The notes under the pieces: model-generated
Seen by the model: the letters and a program-made list of their open reading frames with translations, nothing else
What the model was told of the DNA's origin: nothing
The model's database searches: none
Assembly: GCA_963842085.1 (NCBI GenBank)
Contig: CAWJET010000002.1
Span: forward strand, 1,120,001-1,184,000
Reading direction: 5' to 3'
Origin: an uncultured delta proteobacterium
GTDB lineage: Bacteria; Desulfobacterota; Binatia; Binatales; Binataceae
Length of the DNA: 64,000 bases
Program-made: the position numbers and the translations under genes
Shown: piece after piece, positions 41,848 to 50,285 of the stretch
How the letters are laid out: each line of letters begins with the position of its first letter
Position numbering within the stretch: position 1 is the first letter of the stretch

Positions 41848-43590
41848 ATGGCGACCGAGCTGAGGAAATCCGGCATCGGCATTGTAGGCGAGATGCCATG
41901 GGGCACTCACTTCTGTCAGTTCTACGATACAAGGCACGATTTGCTCGACGTGCTCGTTCCCTATTTCAAGGCCGGCCTGGAGAACAATGAAACCTGTATA
42001 TGGGTTGTTTCAGCGCTGACTGAGCAGGATGCCGGTGACGCATTGAGACACGCTCTTCCCGACTTTGAACGATATGTTGCCGACTACAGCCTGGAAATTT
42101 TCCGAGACACCGAGTGGTACATGCCCGACGGTCATCTCGACCTGGATAGAGTCAAAAGGGCTTGGAGCGAGAAACTCGCCGAGGCATTGGCAAGAGGCCA
42201 CACCGGAATAAGAGTGACCGCTGACACGTTCTGGCTGAAGCGCGAGCAGTGGAGCGATTTCAACGCCTACGAAGATGAGCTCAACCGCTCCATGGTCGAT
42301 CTGCGGATGACCTGTCTGTGCAGCTATCCACTGGCCAAAAGCGGAGCCGCAGACGTCCTCGATGTGACGCGCACGCATCAGTTTACCTTTGCGCGACGAA
42401 GGGGCGATTGGGAGCTGGTCGAAACTTCCGAGCTGAAGCAGGCGAAGTCGGAGATCAAGAGAATCAACGACGAGCTCGAGCGGCGCGTCATAGAAAGAAC
42501 CAAGGAACTGACAGCCGCCAACGAACAGCTTAAACGCGCCCTCGAGGAAATCGACAACCTACGCCGGCGCCTCGAATTGGAGAACGAGTATCTGCGCGAA
42601 GAGGTCCGCGCCGCGACCGGCGACAGCACGATTCTTGGAAACAGCCCGGCCATCCGAAGCGTGCTCGAACGAATCGATATGGTTGCGCCGACCGATGCCA
42701 CGGTGCTGATCCTGGGCGAGACCGGTGTAGGCAAGGAGCTCGTCGCGCGCAACATTCACGAGCGCAGTCGCCGCCGCGAGCGTCCGCTGATCAAGGTGAA
42801 CTGCACCGCAATTCCGCGGGAGCTGTTTGAAAGCGAGTTCTTCGGCCACGTCAAGGGAGCCTTCAGCGGAGCGTTCAGAGATCGGGTCGGCCGCTTTGAG
42901 CGCGCCGACGGCGGTACCCTGTTTCTCGACGAGGTGGGCGACCTGCCGCTGGAGATGCAGCCCAAGCTGCTCCGAGTGCTTCAGGATGGCGAGTTCGAGG
43001 CGCTTGGAGATGAGAAAACGCGCCGCGCCAACTGCCGCGTGATCGCCGCCAGTAACCACGATATTAAGGCCGCCGTCCACGACGGACGATTCCGCGAGGA
43101 TCTCTACTACCGGCTGAGCGTCTTTCCGATCGAGGTGGCGCCGCTGCGCGAACGGCAGGAGGACATCCCGATACTTGCGGACCATTTTCTCGAGGTGGCC
43201 CGCAAGAGGTTCAAGCGGCCGGATCTGCAGTTGACCGAGAGCCAGATCCAGCGCCTCAAGCACTACAATTGGCCCGGAAACGTGCGCGAGCTTCAGAACG
43301 CCGTGGAGCGGGCCGTGATAACGGCGCGCGGCGGCGCACTGCGCTTCGACATTGTGGAGACAGGGACAGAATCGCCGGCTCCGTCGTTGCCGTGGGCAGG
43401 CGATAGCGCCGCCGGCGAGAATCTGAAGGTCGTGTCGGAGGCGGAAATGAAGCGGATGGAACGTGAGAACATCGCCGCCGCGCTGAAACTCAGCAAAGGC
43501 CAAATCTACGGACCGGGGGGCGCAGCCGAATTGCTCGGCGTCAAACCAAGCACTCTTAGCACGCGCATCCGCAAGCTCGGTCTGAAATAA
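41848..43590 (+). CDS. Sigma-54-dependent activator with N-terminal MEDS sensor domain
   Basis: [11 protein letters not shown] (MEDS), [37 protein letters not shown] and a C-terminal Fis HTH. Confidence 0.92.
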   Translation: MATELRKSGIGIVGEMPWGTHFCQFYDTRHDLLDVLVPYFKAGLENNETCIWVVSALTEQDAGDALRHALPDFERYVADYSLEIFRDTEWYMPDGHLDLDRVKRAWSEKLAEALARGHTGIRVTADTFWLKREQWSDFNAYEDELNRSMVDLRMTCLCSYPLAKSGAADVLDVTRTHQFTFARRRGDWELVETSELKQAKSEIKRINDELERRVIERTKELTAANEQLKRALEEIDNLRRRLELENEYLREEVRAATGDSTILGNSPAIRSVLERIDMVAPTDATVLILGETGVGKELVARNIHERSRRRERPLIKVNCTAIPRELFESEFFGHVKGAFSGAFRDRVGRFERADGGTLFLDEVGDLPLEMQPKLLRVLQDGEFEALGDEKTRRANCRVIAASNHDIKAAVHDGRFREDLYYRLSVFPIEVAPLRERQEDIPILADHFLEVARKRFKRPDLQLTESQIQRLKHYNWPGNVRELQNAVERAVITARGGALRFDIVETGTESPAPSLPWAGDSAAGENLKVVSEAEMKRMERENIAAALKLSKGQIYGPGGAAELLGVKPSTLSTRIRKLGLK

Positions 43591-43681
43591 GCAAGCCAAC
43601 CGCGGCAATCCGACGGCACGCGATGGCCTTGAGCGCGAGCGCATGCTCTACTCAGGTCAAATCCCCGGAGGCGCGCATCGC

Positions 43682-44212
43682 ATGGATGTCACGAAAATTC
43701 CGCCCGGCCGCAACCCGCCCGACGACATCAACGTGCTGGTGGAAATTCCGCAGGGCGGAGTTCCGGTGAAGTACGAAATGGACAAGGTTTCCGGCGCGCT
43801 GTTCGTCAATCGTTTTCTGCATACCGCGATGTACTATCCGGCCAACTACGGATTTATTCCAAACACGCTGTCCGAGGACGGCGACCCCTGCGACGTGCTC
43901 GCGCTGTCGCAGGTGCCGGTCGCGCCCGGCGCCGTCATCAGATGCCGTCCGGTGGGCGCGCTGCTGATAGAAGACGAAAACGGCATCGACGAGAAAATTC
44001 TCGCGGTGCCGGTGGATGAGCTGAATCCATACTTCAACGAAATCGCGAACTACACCGACCTGCCGCCGATCATGCTCGAACAGATCGATCACTTCTTCCG
44101 CCACTACAAGGACCTCGAGAGAGGCAAATGGGTGAAGATCGGTAATTGGGTGGATCGCGAGGCGGCCCGCAAGCTGATCCTCGAAGCAATCGCGCGTATG
44201 CACCAGAAGTAA
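43682..44212 (+). CDS. ppa: Inorganic pyrophosphatase (family I)
   Basis: VKYE, YPANYGF, DGDPCD and FFRHYKDLE. Confidence 0.95.
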   Translation: MDVTKIPPGRNPPDDINVLVEIPQGGVPVKYEMDKVSGALFVNRFLHTAMYYPANYGFIPNTLSEDGDPCDVLALSQVPVAPGAVIRCRPVGALLIEDENGIDEKILAVPVDELNPYFNEIANYTDLPPIMLEQIDHFFRHYKDLERGKWVKIGNWVDREAARKLILEAIARMHQK

Positions 44213-44280
44213 ATTCGCCGGTAAGGCGGCGCCAGCATTTTGCTCGCGCGCGCTTGAGCGCGGACCTGGTTACGAACTGA

Positions 44281-44781
44281 CTATTGAGCCATCTCACCCT
44301 TCGTTTGCGCCAGCGGCACCAACTGCGCGATGTCGCACTGGATCAACGCCTGGATCTTGTTGTCGATCTGATAGAAGCGCGTCACCTTAACTTGCGAGAC
44401 CGCGGCCAGGAACTTCGGAACGAACTCGCGCTGCACGTCAAGCCGCGCCTGCTGAATAGCCATTACCTCGTCGAGCTTCTTTTTCGCATCGGCGTCCGTG
44501 AAGTTTTTGTACTTGGCGGCGAACTCCTTCAGCTCTCGGACGTGGCGGTCTTCGATGCTGTCCATCCGGGCTTCGTAGGCGTCGTAAACCGGCCAGAACC
44601 TGGCCGCTTCATCGGCGGTGAGATTCATGTTGGCGCCGACGGTCGCCTTGCGCTGTGCGCGGGCGGCCGCGATATCAAGTTGCTTCTGCGAGGTCTGCGA
44701 ATACGCCGGCGCCTTGAAGCCAAGCGTGCAGACCAGCAGCGAAGCTACCGTGAAACTCGCGATAATAGTCTTGAGACTCAT
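44281..44781 (-). CDS. Secreted helical hypothetical protein
   Basis: Signal peptide; NMNLTADEAARFWPVYDAY motif. Confidence 0.65.
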   Translation of the reverse strand: MSLKTIIASFTVASLLVCTLGFKAPAYSQTSQKQLDIAAARAQRKATVGANMNLTADEAARFWPVYDAYEARMDSIEDRHVRELKEFAAKYKNFTDADAKKKLDEVMAIQQARLDVQREFVPKFLAAVSQVKVTRFYQIDNKIQALIQCDIAQLVPLAQTKGEMAQ

Positions 44782-45007
44782 CAATGGGGTTCTCCTGGAG
44801 ATTTTGGCTTCAGCAAAGACCGCAGGATGGTGCTGCATTGGGAGATCATAGTCAAGTGATCACTATCTGCGCGCTCGAACTCGGGCTTGTATTGCATTCA
44901 GCGAGGTAAAGTGCGAGTTTGCAGCCGACCAGGCAGGCAACCAGAGGAATTTTCCGCGGGGTCCGGCCATCCGGAACGGAAAGCCTCATCATAGACGGAG
45001 GACCAAA

Positions 45008-45559
45008 ATGAATTCGAAATCACGAGAAATGGTAATCGCACTGGGATTGGCGGTGGCACTGGCCGCGGGTGCGCCATCGGCACGGGCCCAGGGCGCAGCG
45101 CCCGCGCCGGCGCCTGCGGCATCCGGCGGAGGAGCTACCGTTCGGGCAGGATACCTGACTTGTCACGTCGCGGCCGGATGGGGCTTTATTTTCGGCTCGT
45201 CACGCAAGCTGCAGTGCGCGTACGCCCTGCAACCGGGATACACCGAGTATTACACCGGTTCGATCACGAAGTTCGGCGCTGACATCGGATACCTTCAGTC
45301 GGGCGTAATTCTGTGGGCAGTTCTCGCCCCGACCACCAATCTCGGCCAGGGAGCACTCGCGGGTCATTACGGCGGAGCGACCGCGAGCGCGGCGGTCGGA
45401 GTCGGCGCGGGCGCGAATGTGCTGGTCGGAGGCTTCAACAGCTCGATCGCGTTGCAGCCGGTCTCGATCGAAGGACAGAACGGGCTGAACGTCGCGGCGG
45501 GTGTGGCCCAGATGACGTTGAAGTTCAACAAAGAGAAGCCGGCAAAGAGCACCCCGTAG
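45008..45559 (+). CDS. DUF992 family secreted protein
   Basis: GYLTC..GWGFIFGSS...C and GANVLVGG..SIALQPVS...GLNVAAG. Confidence 0.88.
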   Translation: MNSKSREMVIALGLAVALAAGAPSARAQGAAPAPAPAASGGGATVRAGYLTCHVAAGWGFIFGSSRKLQCAYALQPGYTEYYTGSITKFGADIGYLQSGVILWAVLAPTTNLGQGALAGHYGGATASAAVGVGAGANVLVGGFNSSIALQPVSIEGQNGLNVAAGVAQMTLKFNKEKPAKSTP

Positions 45560-45580
45560 CCGGACTTTCAGAGTCACTTA

Positions 45581-45621
45581 CGGCGGGGGCGGTCCTTGCG
45601 GCCGCCTCCGTTTTTCTTTTT
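45581..45621 (+). terminator. Rho-independent terminator-like hairpin
   Basis: GC-rich stem (GGGGGCGG.../...CCGCCTCC) followed by TTTTTCTTTTT, between convergent genes. Confidence 0.55.
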
Positions 45622-45645
45622 CAGTTGACCGTTGGTGTGCGGTTC

Positions 45646-46056
45646 CTAGATCTTGGCCTTTGGATACCGCGCGCGCATCCAGTTCACGAACTTTTCCGGC
45701 GCCGCCATCGTCGAGAGGCGCCCCTGTCGCACCAGCGCCCAGTCGTCGAACTTTCCGGACTGTTTGATTTCCGCCAACCTGACCGGCGGCTCGAGGCGGC
45801 CTGCGAACTCCAAATCGACCACCGCCGACTTCGGATTCCTCGGATCGTCGCGCGGTTGCGACTTCACCACGGCCATCCCGACCACGCTCGTAACGCCGCC
45901 GCTATGATAGATGAACACGATGTCGCCGGGCCTCATATCGCGGATGGCGCGAAGCGCCTGCGGATTCGTCACCCCGTCCCATGTGGTGCGGCCCTCGCGC
46001 TCAAGATCGTCGATCGAGTAAGTCCCGGGCTCGGTCTTGGCAAGAAAGTAGTTCAT
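45646..46056 (-). CDS. EVE domain protein
   Basis: YFLAKTEP, WDGVTN, FIYHSG and RQGRLS. Confidence 0.9.
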   Translation of the reverse strand: MNYFLAKTEPGTYSIDDLEREGRTTWDGVTNPQALRAIRDMRPGDIVFIYHSGGVTSVVGMAVVKSQPRDDPRNPKSAVVDLEFAGRLEPPVRLAEIKQSGKFDDWALVRQGRLSTMAAPEKFVNWMRARYPKAKI

Positions 46057-46139
46057 GAGCGCGTCCTCCTTAGCCGTGATTCAGTGTAAATCTAACATAG
46101 GCGGCGCCGCTCGTGGCGGCCGGGCGCGCTGAAACTCTC

Positions 46140-47039
46140 ATGCCGGAACTACCCGATGTCAGTGTGTACGTGGAAGCGTTGCGGACCCGCGTCGTCGGCC
46201 ACAAGCTCGTCCGGACGCTGGCGAGGTCACCGTTTCTGCTGCGCTCGACGACTCCTCCGCTGAGCGCGACTGCGGGCAGGGCGGTCCGCGACGTGCGACG
46301 GCTGGGCAAACAAATCGCCATCGGCCTCGAGGGCAACCTGTGGCTCGTGCTGCATCTCAAAATCGCAGGCCGCCTGCATTGGAGTACTTCCGCCCCCAAG
46401 CTCGGCGGCAAAAACGTGCTGGTTGCCTTCGAGTTCGACCACGGCTGGTTGTGGCTGACGGAAGCGGGCACCCAGCACCGGGCCGCGCTCCACGTGGTCG
46501 AGGGCGAAGCCGGCCTTCAGTCTTTGAACGCCGGCGGCATCGAACCGCTCGACGCCGGCCTCGGCGCATTCGCCGCCGCGCTGCGATCGGAAAATCACAC
46601 GCTCAAGCGCTCACTCACCGACCCGCACATTTTCAGCGGGATCGGCAACGCGTATTCGGACGAGATACTGCATCGCGCACAGCTCTCGCCGATCGCGATG
46701 ACGAATAAACTGACGGACGTTGAAATCGAGCGTCTCTATGACGCCACTCGCACGACGCTGCTCGAATGGACCGAGCGCCTCCGCGCCGAAGCGGCTGGTG
46801 AATTTCCCGAGAAGGTAACTGCGTTTCGTCCCGGCATGGCGGTGCACGGTCGCTACCGGCAGGCGTGCCCACGATGCGGCGCCAGGGTCCAGCGCATCCG
46901 CTACGCCAGCAACGAGACCAACTATTGTGCGAGGTGCCAGACCGGCGGCCGCCTGCTCGCCGACCGCGCCCTCTCGCGCCTGCTGCACCAGGACTGGCCG
47001 CGTACGCTCGACGAGCTCGAAGCGCTCAGGAAGCGATGA
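46140..47039 (+). CDS. Fpg/Nei family DNA glycosylase
   Basis: MPELPDV, GIGNAYSDEILH (H2TH) and a CPRC...CARCQ zinc finger. Confidence 0.92.
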   Translation: MPELPDVSVYVEALRTRVVGHKLVRTLARSPFLLRSTTPPLSATAGRAVRDVRRLGKQIAIGLEGNLWLVLHLKIAGRLHWSTSAPKLGGKNVLVAFEFDHGWLWLTEAGTQHRAALHVVEGEAGLQSLNAGGIEPLDAGLGAFAAALRSENHTLKRSLTDPHIFSGIGNAYSDEILHRAQLSPIAMTNKLTDVEIERLYDATRTTLLEWTERLRAEAAGEFPEKVTAFRPGMAVHGRYRQACPRCGARVQRIRYASNETNYCARCQTGGRLLADRALSRLLHQDWPRTLDELEALRKR

Positions 47040-47060
47040 GCCCGGTTCGCGTCGCCAAGG

Positions 47061-47468
47061 TCAGGCAGCCCGGCCCGCCTTTTCTCTTTCGTGGTTGGAG
47101 GCGTATTCGTTGCGCAATCGGCTCGCCAATTCCAGTGCGATTCTCCGCCACAGCTGTGGATATCTGTCGGCCAGCGCCGAAAAGTCCGATTCCGAAATTC
47201 GCGCGACCACCGAATCAGAAGTTGCGGTGACCGACGCCGAGCGCGGCGTACGTGGATCGACGACCGCCATCTCACCGACATGCTCGCCGGCCTTCCTGCG
47301 GGCCACGATGCGCCTGTCGATCGCAACCGAAAACGCGCCCTTGAGAATCAGAAAAAGATCGGTGTCAGAGGCACCCTGCTCGATGAGTTTCGTTCCCGCA
47401 GGTACCTCTTCCAACTGTACTCGCGGCGCGACTGCTGCCGCCAGGTCCTTGTCACGGACCAAGGACTG
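47061..47468 (-). pseudogene. Cyclic-nucleotide-binding domain gene, probably 5'-truncated at the element junction
   Basis: LIEQG...LFLILKG...GEHVGEMA...RSASV. The frame opens right after a TAG inside the att-like core and has no RBS or ATG. Confidence 0.7.
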
Positions 47469-47520
47469 CTAATCCTCTGCGTCTGTCTAACCCCTTAATA
47501 TATAAGCCTTATCTCGGCAC

Positions 47521-47660
47521 TGTGCGGAAATTGTGCGGCAGACCCGCGGTGTCAGAAGCGGTGCGAAGCTCGCGTATTGGTTGGGACGCGGAAACGCCGC
47601 ACGGCTCAGGAGACGAGAGCCGCGGGCGGCGTATGGTGATCGTGGTGACTGTGGTGACTG
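47521..47660. repeat. Left-end arm-type repeats: TGTGCGG x2 (47521, 47532) and TGGTGA(TC/CT)G x3 (47634-47660)
   Basis: Counterparts at 61315-61341 (direct) and 61387-61404 (inverted). Confidence 0.8.
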
Positions 47661-48736
47661 TTATTTCCGTCGTTCCCGCGTGATGGTACGACTGTCCGAG
47701 TCGTCGGCCGCGCGTCGAGATAGTGGTCGCGTCGCTCGACAGCGGCCTTGAGATCCGTGCTAGTGGTGATGTTGTAACGAAGAAAAATCTCGCGGGTTTT
47801 GTGACCTGACAGTTCCATCGCAACTTGCTCGGGAACACCCGCGCGGCTGAGGTTCCGAATTGCGCTGCGTCTAAAGTCATGGACAATCAGCTTGGGATAA
47901 CCGATCGCCGTACAGGCGGAAGCCCAGGCGTCGCGAAAATCCCCAATCCGCTTACCGTTGACGTGGAACACGAAAGTACAATCGAGACGACGCGCGGCTC
48001 GCGCGCGTGTGATTATTTCGGCGAGCTCGCCGGACAGTGGCAATTTGCGCGGTTCTTTGTTTTTAGACTTGTCGGGCGGCAGGTTGATTTCGTTGGCCTC
48101 GATGTCGATATCGGACCACTCAAGTCCCTTCATCTCGGAGACACGCCACCCTGAGAGATAGAGGAAGGCGATCGGGTCGCGCAGACGCTCAGGTAGCTCA
48201 TTCCGAAGGGCGTTGAACTCCGCGTTCTCGACGAATCCTTTTCGGGCGTTATCCTCCGCCAGCATGTCGATCTTCGGCGCGCGAGATAGGCACTCGTCGT
48301 CAACGGCGATCTTGAACGCATGTTTGAGCGCTGCCAGCTCACGGTTGATTGTCGCGTTCGCCGCGCCTTGTTCGATCCGCGCTGTCTTATAGGCTTTAAC
48401 CCGGCCGGCATCGATATCGATGGCTAGATCAGTCCCGAAGTAGCCGCTTAGGTGTTTGATGCTGCCCTCCAGCCGCCGTCCGGATCGGCGGCCCTTATGC
48501 AGGTAATCGGTGCGGATCATTTCGGCGAGGTCTTCGAAGCGCACCTTTTCTTCGGCCTGTCCGAGGAACTTAGCGCCGCGGCGTCCGGTTTCCTTGATCC
48601 TTGCGTTCAGCAAGCGCCGCGCGACGGTTTCGGATTCGCTTTCGGACGACTCGCGATATTCCTGGCCGCGGTGCCCGTAGCGAATCCACCAAATTGTCCC
48701 GCGCAAATAGATGCCGCCTGTGCCGCGTTTACTCAT
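47606..48736 (-). CDS. Tyrosine recombinase / integrase
   Basis: N-terminal arm-binding-like GIYLRGTIWWIRY; catalytic R (GWRVSE), K (KSKNK), HDFRR, H (SGH) and Y (RYNI) all present. Confidence 0.95.
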   Translation of the reverse strand: MSKRGTGGIYLRGTIWWIRYGHRGQEYRESSESESETVARRLLNARIKETGRRGAKFLGQAEEKVRFEDLAEMIRTDYLHKGRRSGRRLEGSIKHLSGYFGTDLAIDIDAGRVKAYKTARIEQGAANATINRELAALKHAFKIAVDDECLSRAPKIDMLAEDNARKGFVENAEFNALRNELPERLRDPIAFLYLSGWRVSEMKGLEWSDIDIEANEINLPPDKSKNKEPRKLPLSGELAEIITRARAARRLDCTFVFHVNGKRIGDFRDAWASACTAIGYPKLIVHDFRRSAIRNLSRAGVPEQVAMELSGHKTREIFLRYNITTSTDLKAAVERRDHYLDARPTTRTVVPSRGNDGNNSHHSHHDHHTPPAALVS

Positions 48737-49728
48737 GACTTTCGCTCCTTCTTTTTCATCGGATTCTCACTTTGCCGGATTTCCGTGGCCGCATCGGCGA
48801 CTTTTTTTCTATCGCGTGCGGCCTGCGCGGCGTCGCGGGCTGGGATACGGGCCGCTCGGCAGGTAGGGCAATAGATGCGCCTGGCCGTCGCGTGCCCGAC
48901 TCTCTTACCTGGTGTCGGCTGGCTTGCGGACATAAAAAACAGGCGCGCGCAGGACGAGCAGCGCGCAATCGCCGCGGCCCGGACGGTTGCGGCGACGAGT
49001 TCCAGCGCGATCAACGCTAGGACTGAGCCCGTGTAGCGGTTGGCGCCGAGTTGCGGACGGACACTTCGGCCTTCGATGCCGACGTGGAATCTAACGTCCG
49101 CGATTACGAGCCAGCGATTCAGATTCTCCGCCAGCCGCTCGCGGGGATCGGAAAGAAACTGAGCGATTGGATGGTCCGGCGCATAGCCATCGATTTGCTG
49201 CCATGTTTCCGGGGCGACTTTAGCTCCGCGCTGGGTTGTCGCCGCGGCCTCGAGCAGGCGATTAGCGTCGGCGGCGCGCATACGCCACTGCGATACCGGC
49301 TCGGAATAGAGCAGCGGCGGTTCCCGCCCTATTCGTGGAAGGCAAATGAGGGTCGTCCCACCAGCCCAATGCGGCGCGGCAGGGAATTCTTCGGGCAATA
49401 CGTTGCATCCCATCGTCTCGACGGGCTGATGGTATGCGACGAAATTATGCTGTTCGCAGAGCCAGAGCGGCCCATAAGCGCGGGCAAACTCGAGCACGTC
49501 CTCATTTCCGGCCACGGGTGTTTCGAGGGCAAGGAAACTTTCGAGCATTGCGCCAATCTCGATCTTCCGCGCCGCCGCTTTCGCGCTCCAGAGAAGATCG
49601 TCGCCGGCGAGACTGAGGGTTTCGGGCGCTGACACACTGGAGCCGTCGATCGGCCGGGAGAGACCATAGGCCGTAAACAGGTCGCCCAGTCGCGCTATAC
49701 CTACGGGTTCTGGTGGCCCCTTCGTCAT
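48733..49728 (-). CDS. Hypothetical protein with C-terminal zinc finger (CGNR-like)
   Basis: FARAYGPL motif; CSSC...YCPTC followed by a basic helix. Overlaps the integrase start and is divergent from alpA. Confidence 0.65.
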   Translation of the reverse strand: MTKGPPEPVGIARLGDLFTAYGLSRPIDGSSVSAPETLSLAGDDLLWSAKAAARKIEIGAMLESFLALETPVAGNEDVLEFARAYGPLWLCEQHNFVAYHQPVETMGCNVLPEEFPAAPHWAGGTTLICLPRIGREPPLLYSEPVSQWRMRAADANRLLEAAATTQRGAKVAPETWQQIDGYAPDHPIAQFLSDPRERLAENLNRWLVIADVRFHVGIEGRSVRPQLGANRYTGSVLALIALELVAATVRAAAIARCSSCARLFFMSASQPTPGKRVGHATARRIYCPTCRAARIPARDAAQAARDRKKVADAATEIRQSENPMKKKERKS

Positions 49729-49782
49729 ACGATAATAATACACGAGTTGCAGGCACGCCGCAACCGTGAGACAACTATGCGC

Positions 49783-49983
49783 ATGAGCGCGCAACGCAAC
49801 GAAGAAACACTTCTGTCGCTCGAACAGGTTCTACAGCGCCTGCCGATTGAAGGGCGGCCGCACCGGGTGACGCTTTGGCGTTGGATAAACCAAGGCGTTT
49901 TTCCGCAGCCGTTACGACTCGGGCTGCGCAAGGTCCGATGGCGCGAAAGTGACGTCGATGCCTGGCTGGCGGAACGCAAATGA
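49783..49983 (+). CDS. AlpA family transcriptional regulator
   Basis: TLWRWINQGVFPQPLRLGLRKVRWRESDVDAWL. Confidence 0.9.
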   Translation: MSAQRNEETLLSLEQVLQRLPIEGRPHRVTLWRWINQGVFPQPLRLGLRKVRWRESDVDAWLAERK

Positions 49984-50285
49984 TCACGCTCGACGCTCTT
50001 ATTGCCGGCGAGTGTCCGACCTCGCGCGATGAGGCGGTCGCTCTGATGGGCTTGCTCGCGGCTGCTCACGCCAAGCTCGCTGCGGTCATGGCGGTGGCTA
50101 TGGTCGAGACGCCGACCGCGGACCGGCTGCTGGACGTTGACGAAGCCGCCCAGATGCTCAAGGTGGATCGGCAGTGGATATACCGGCGCACGCGCAAACT
50201 TCCGTTCGTCGTTCGCCTCGACGGCGCCGTCCGCTTTAGTGCCTCGGGCATCGAGCGCTTCATCGCGGCAAAGAGGGGGCGGTGA
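49980..50285 (+). CDS. HTH_17 / excisionase-like DNA-binding protein
   Basis: RLLDVDEAAQMLKVDRQWIYRR...LPFVVRLDGAVRFS. Confidence 0.85.
   Translation: MITLDALIAGECPTSRDEAVALMGLLAAAHAKLAAVMAVAMVETPTADRLLDVDEAAQMLKVDRQWIYRRTRKLPFVVRLDGAVRFSASGIERFIAAKRGR

Noticed and set aside
43600-43645. Sigma-54 promoter upstream of ppa (CGGCACG...)
   Set aside because: It lacks a convincing TGGCAC-N5-TTGC match.
47462-47476. tRNA-Ser(GCT) fragment (CTGCTAA loop in an AGGA/TCCT stem)
   Set aside because: No D-arm, T-arm or acceptor stem around it; better explained as the att-like core.
47630-47665. His-rich tail (NNSHHSHHDHH) of the integrase as a metal-binding motif
   Set aside because: It is the translation of the 9-bp DNA repeats, which also occur in apparently non-coding DNA at the other end. 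Selection is probably at the DNA level.
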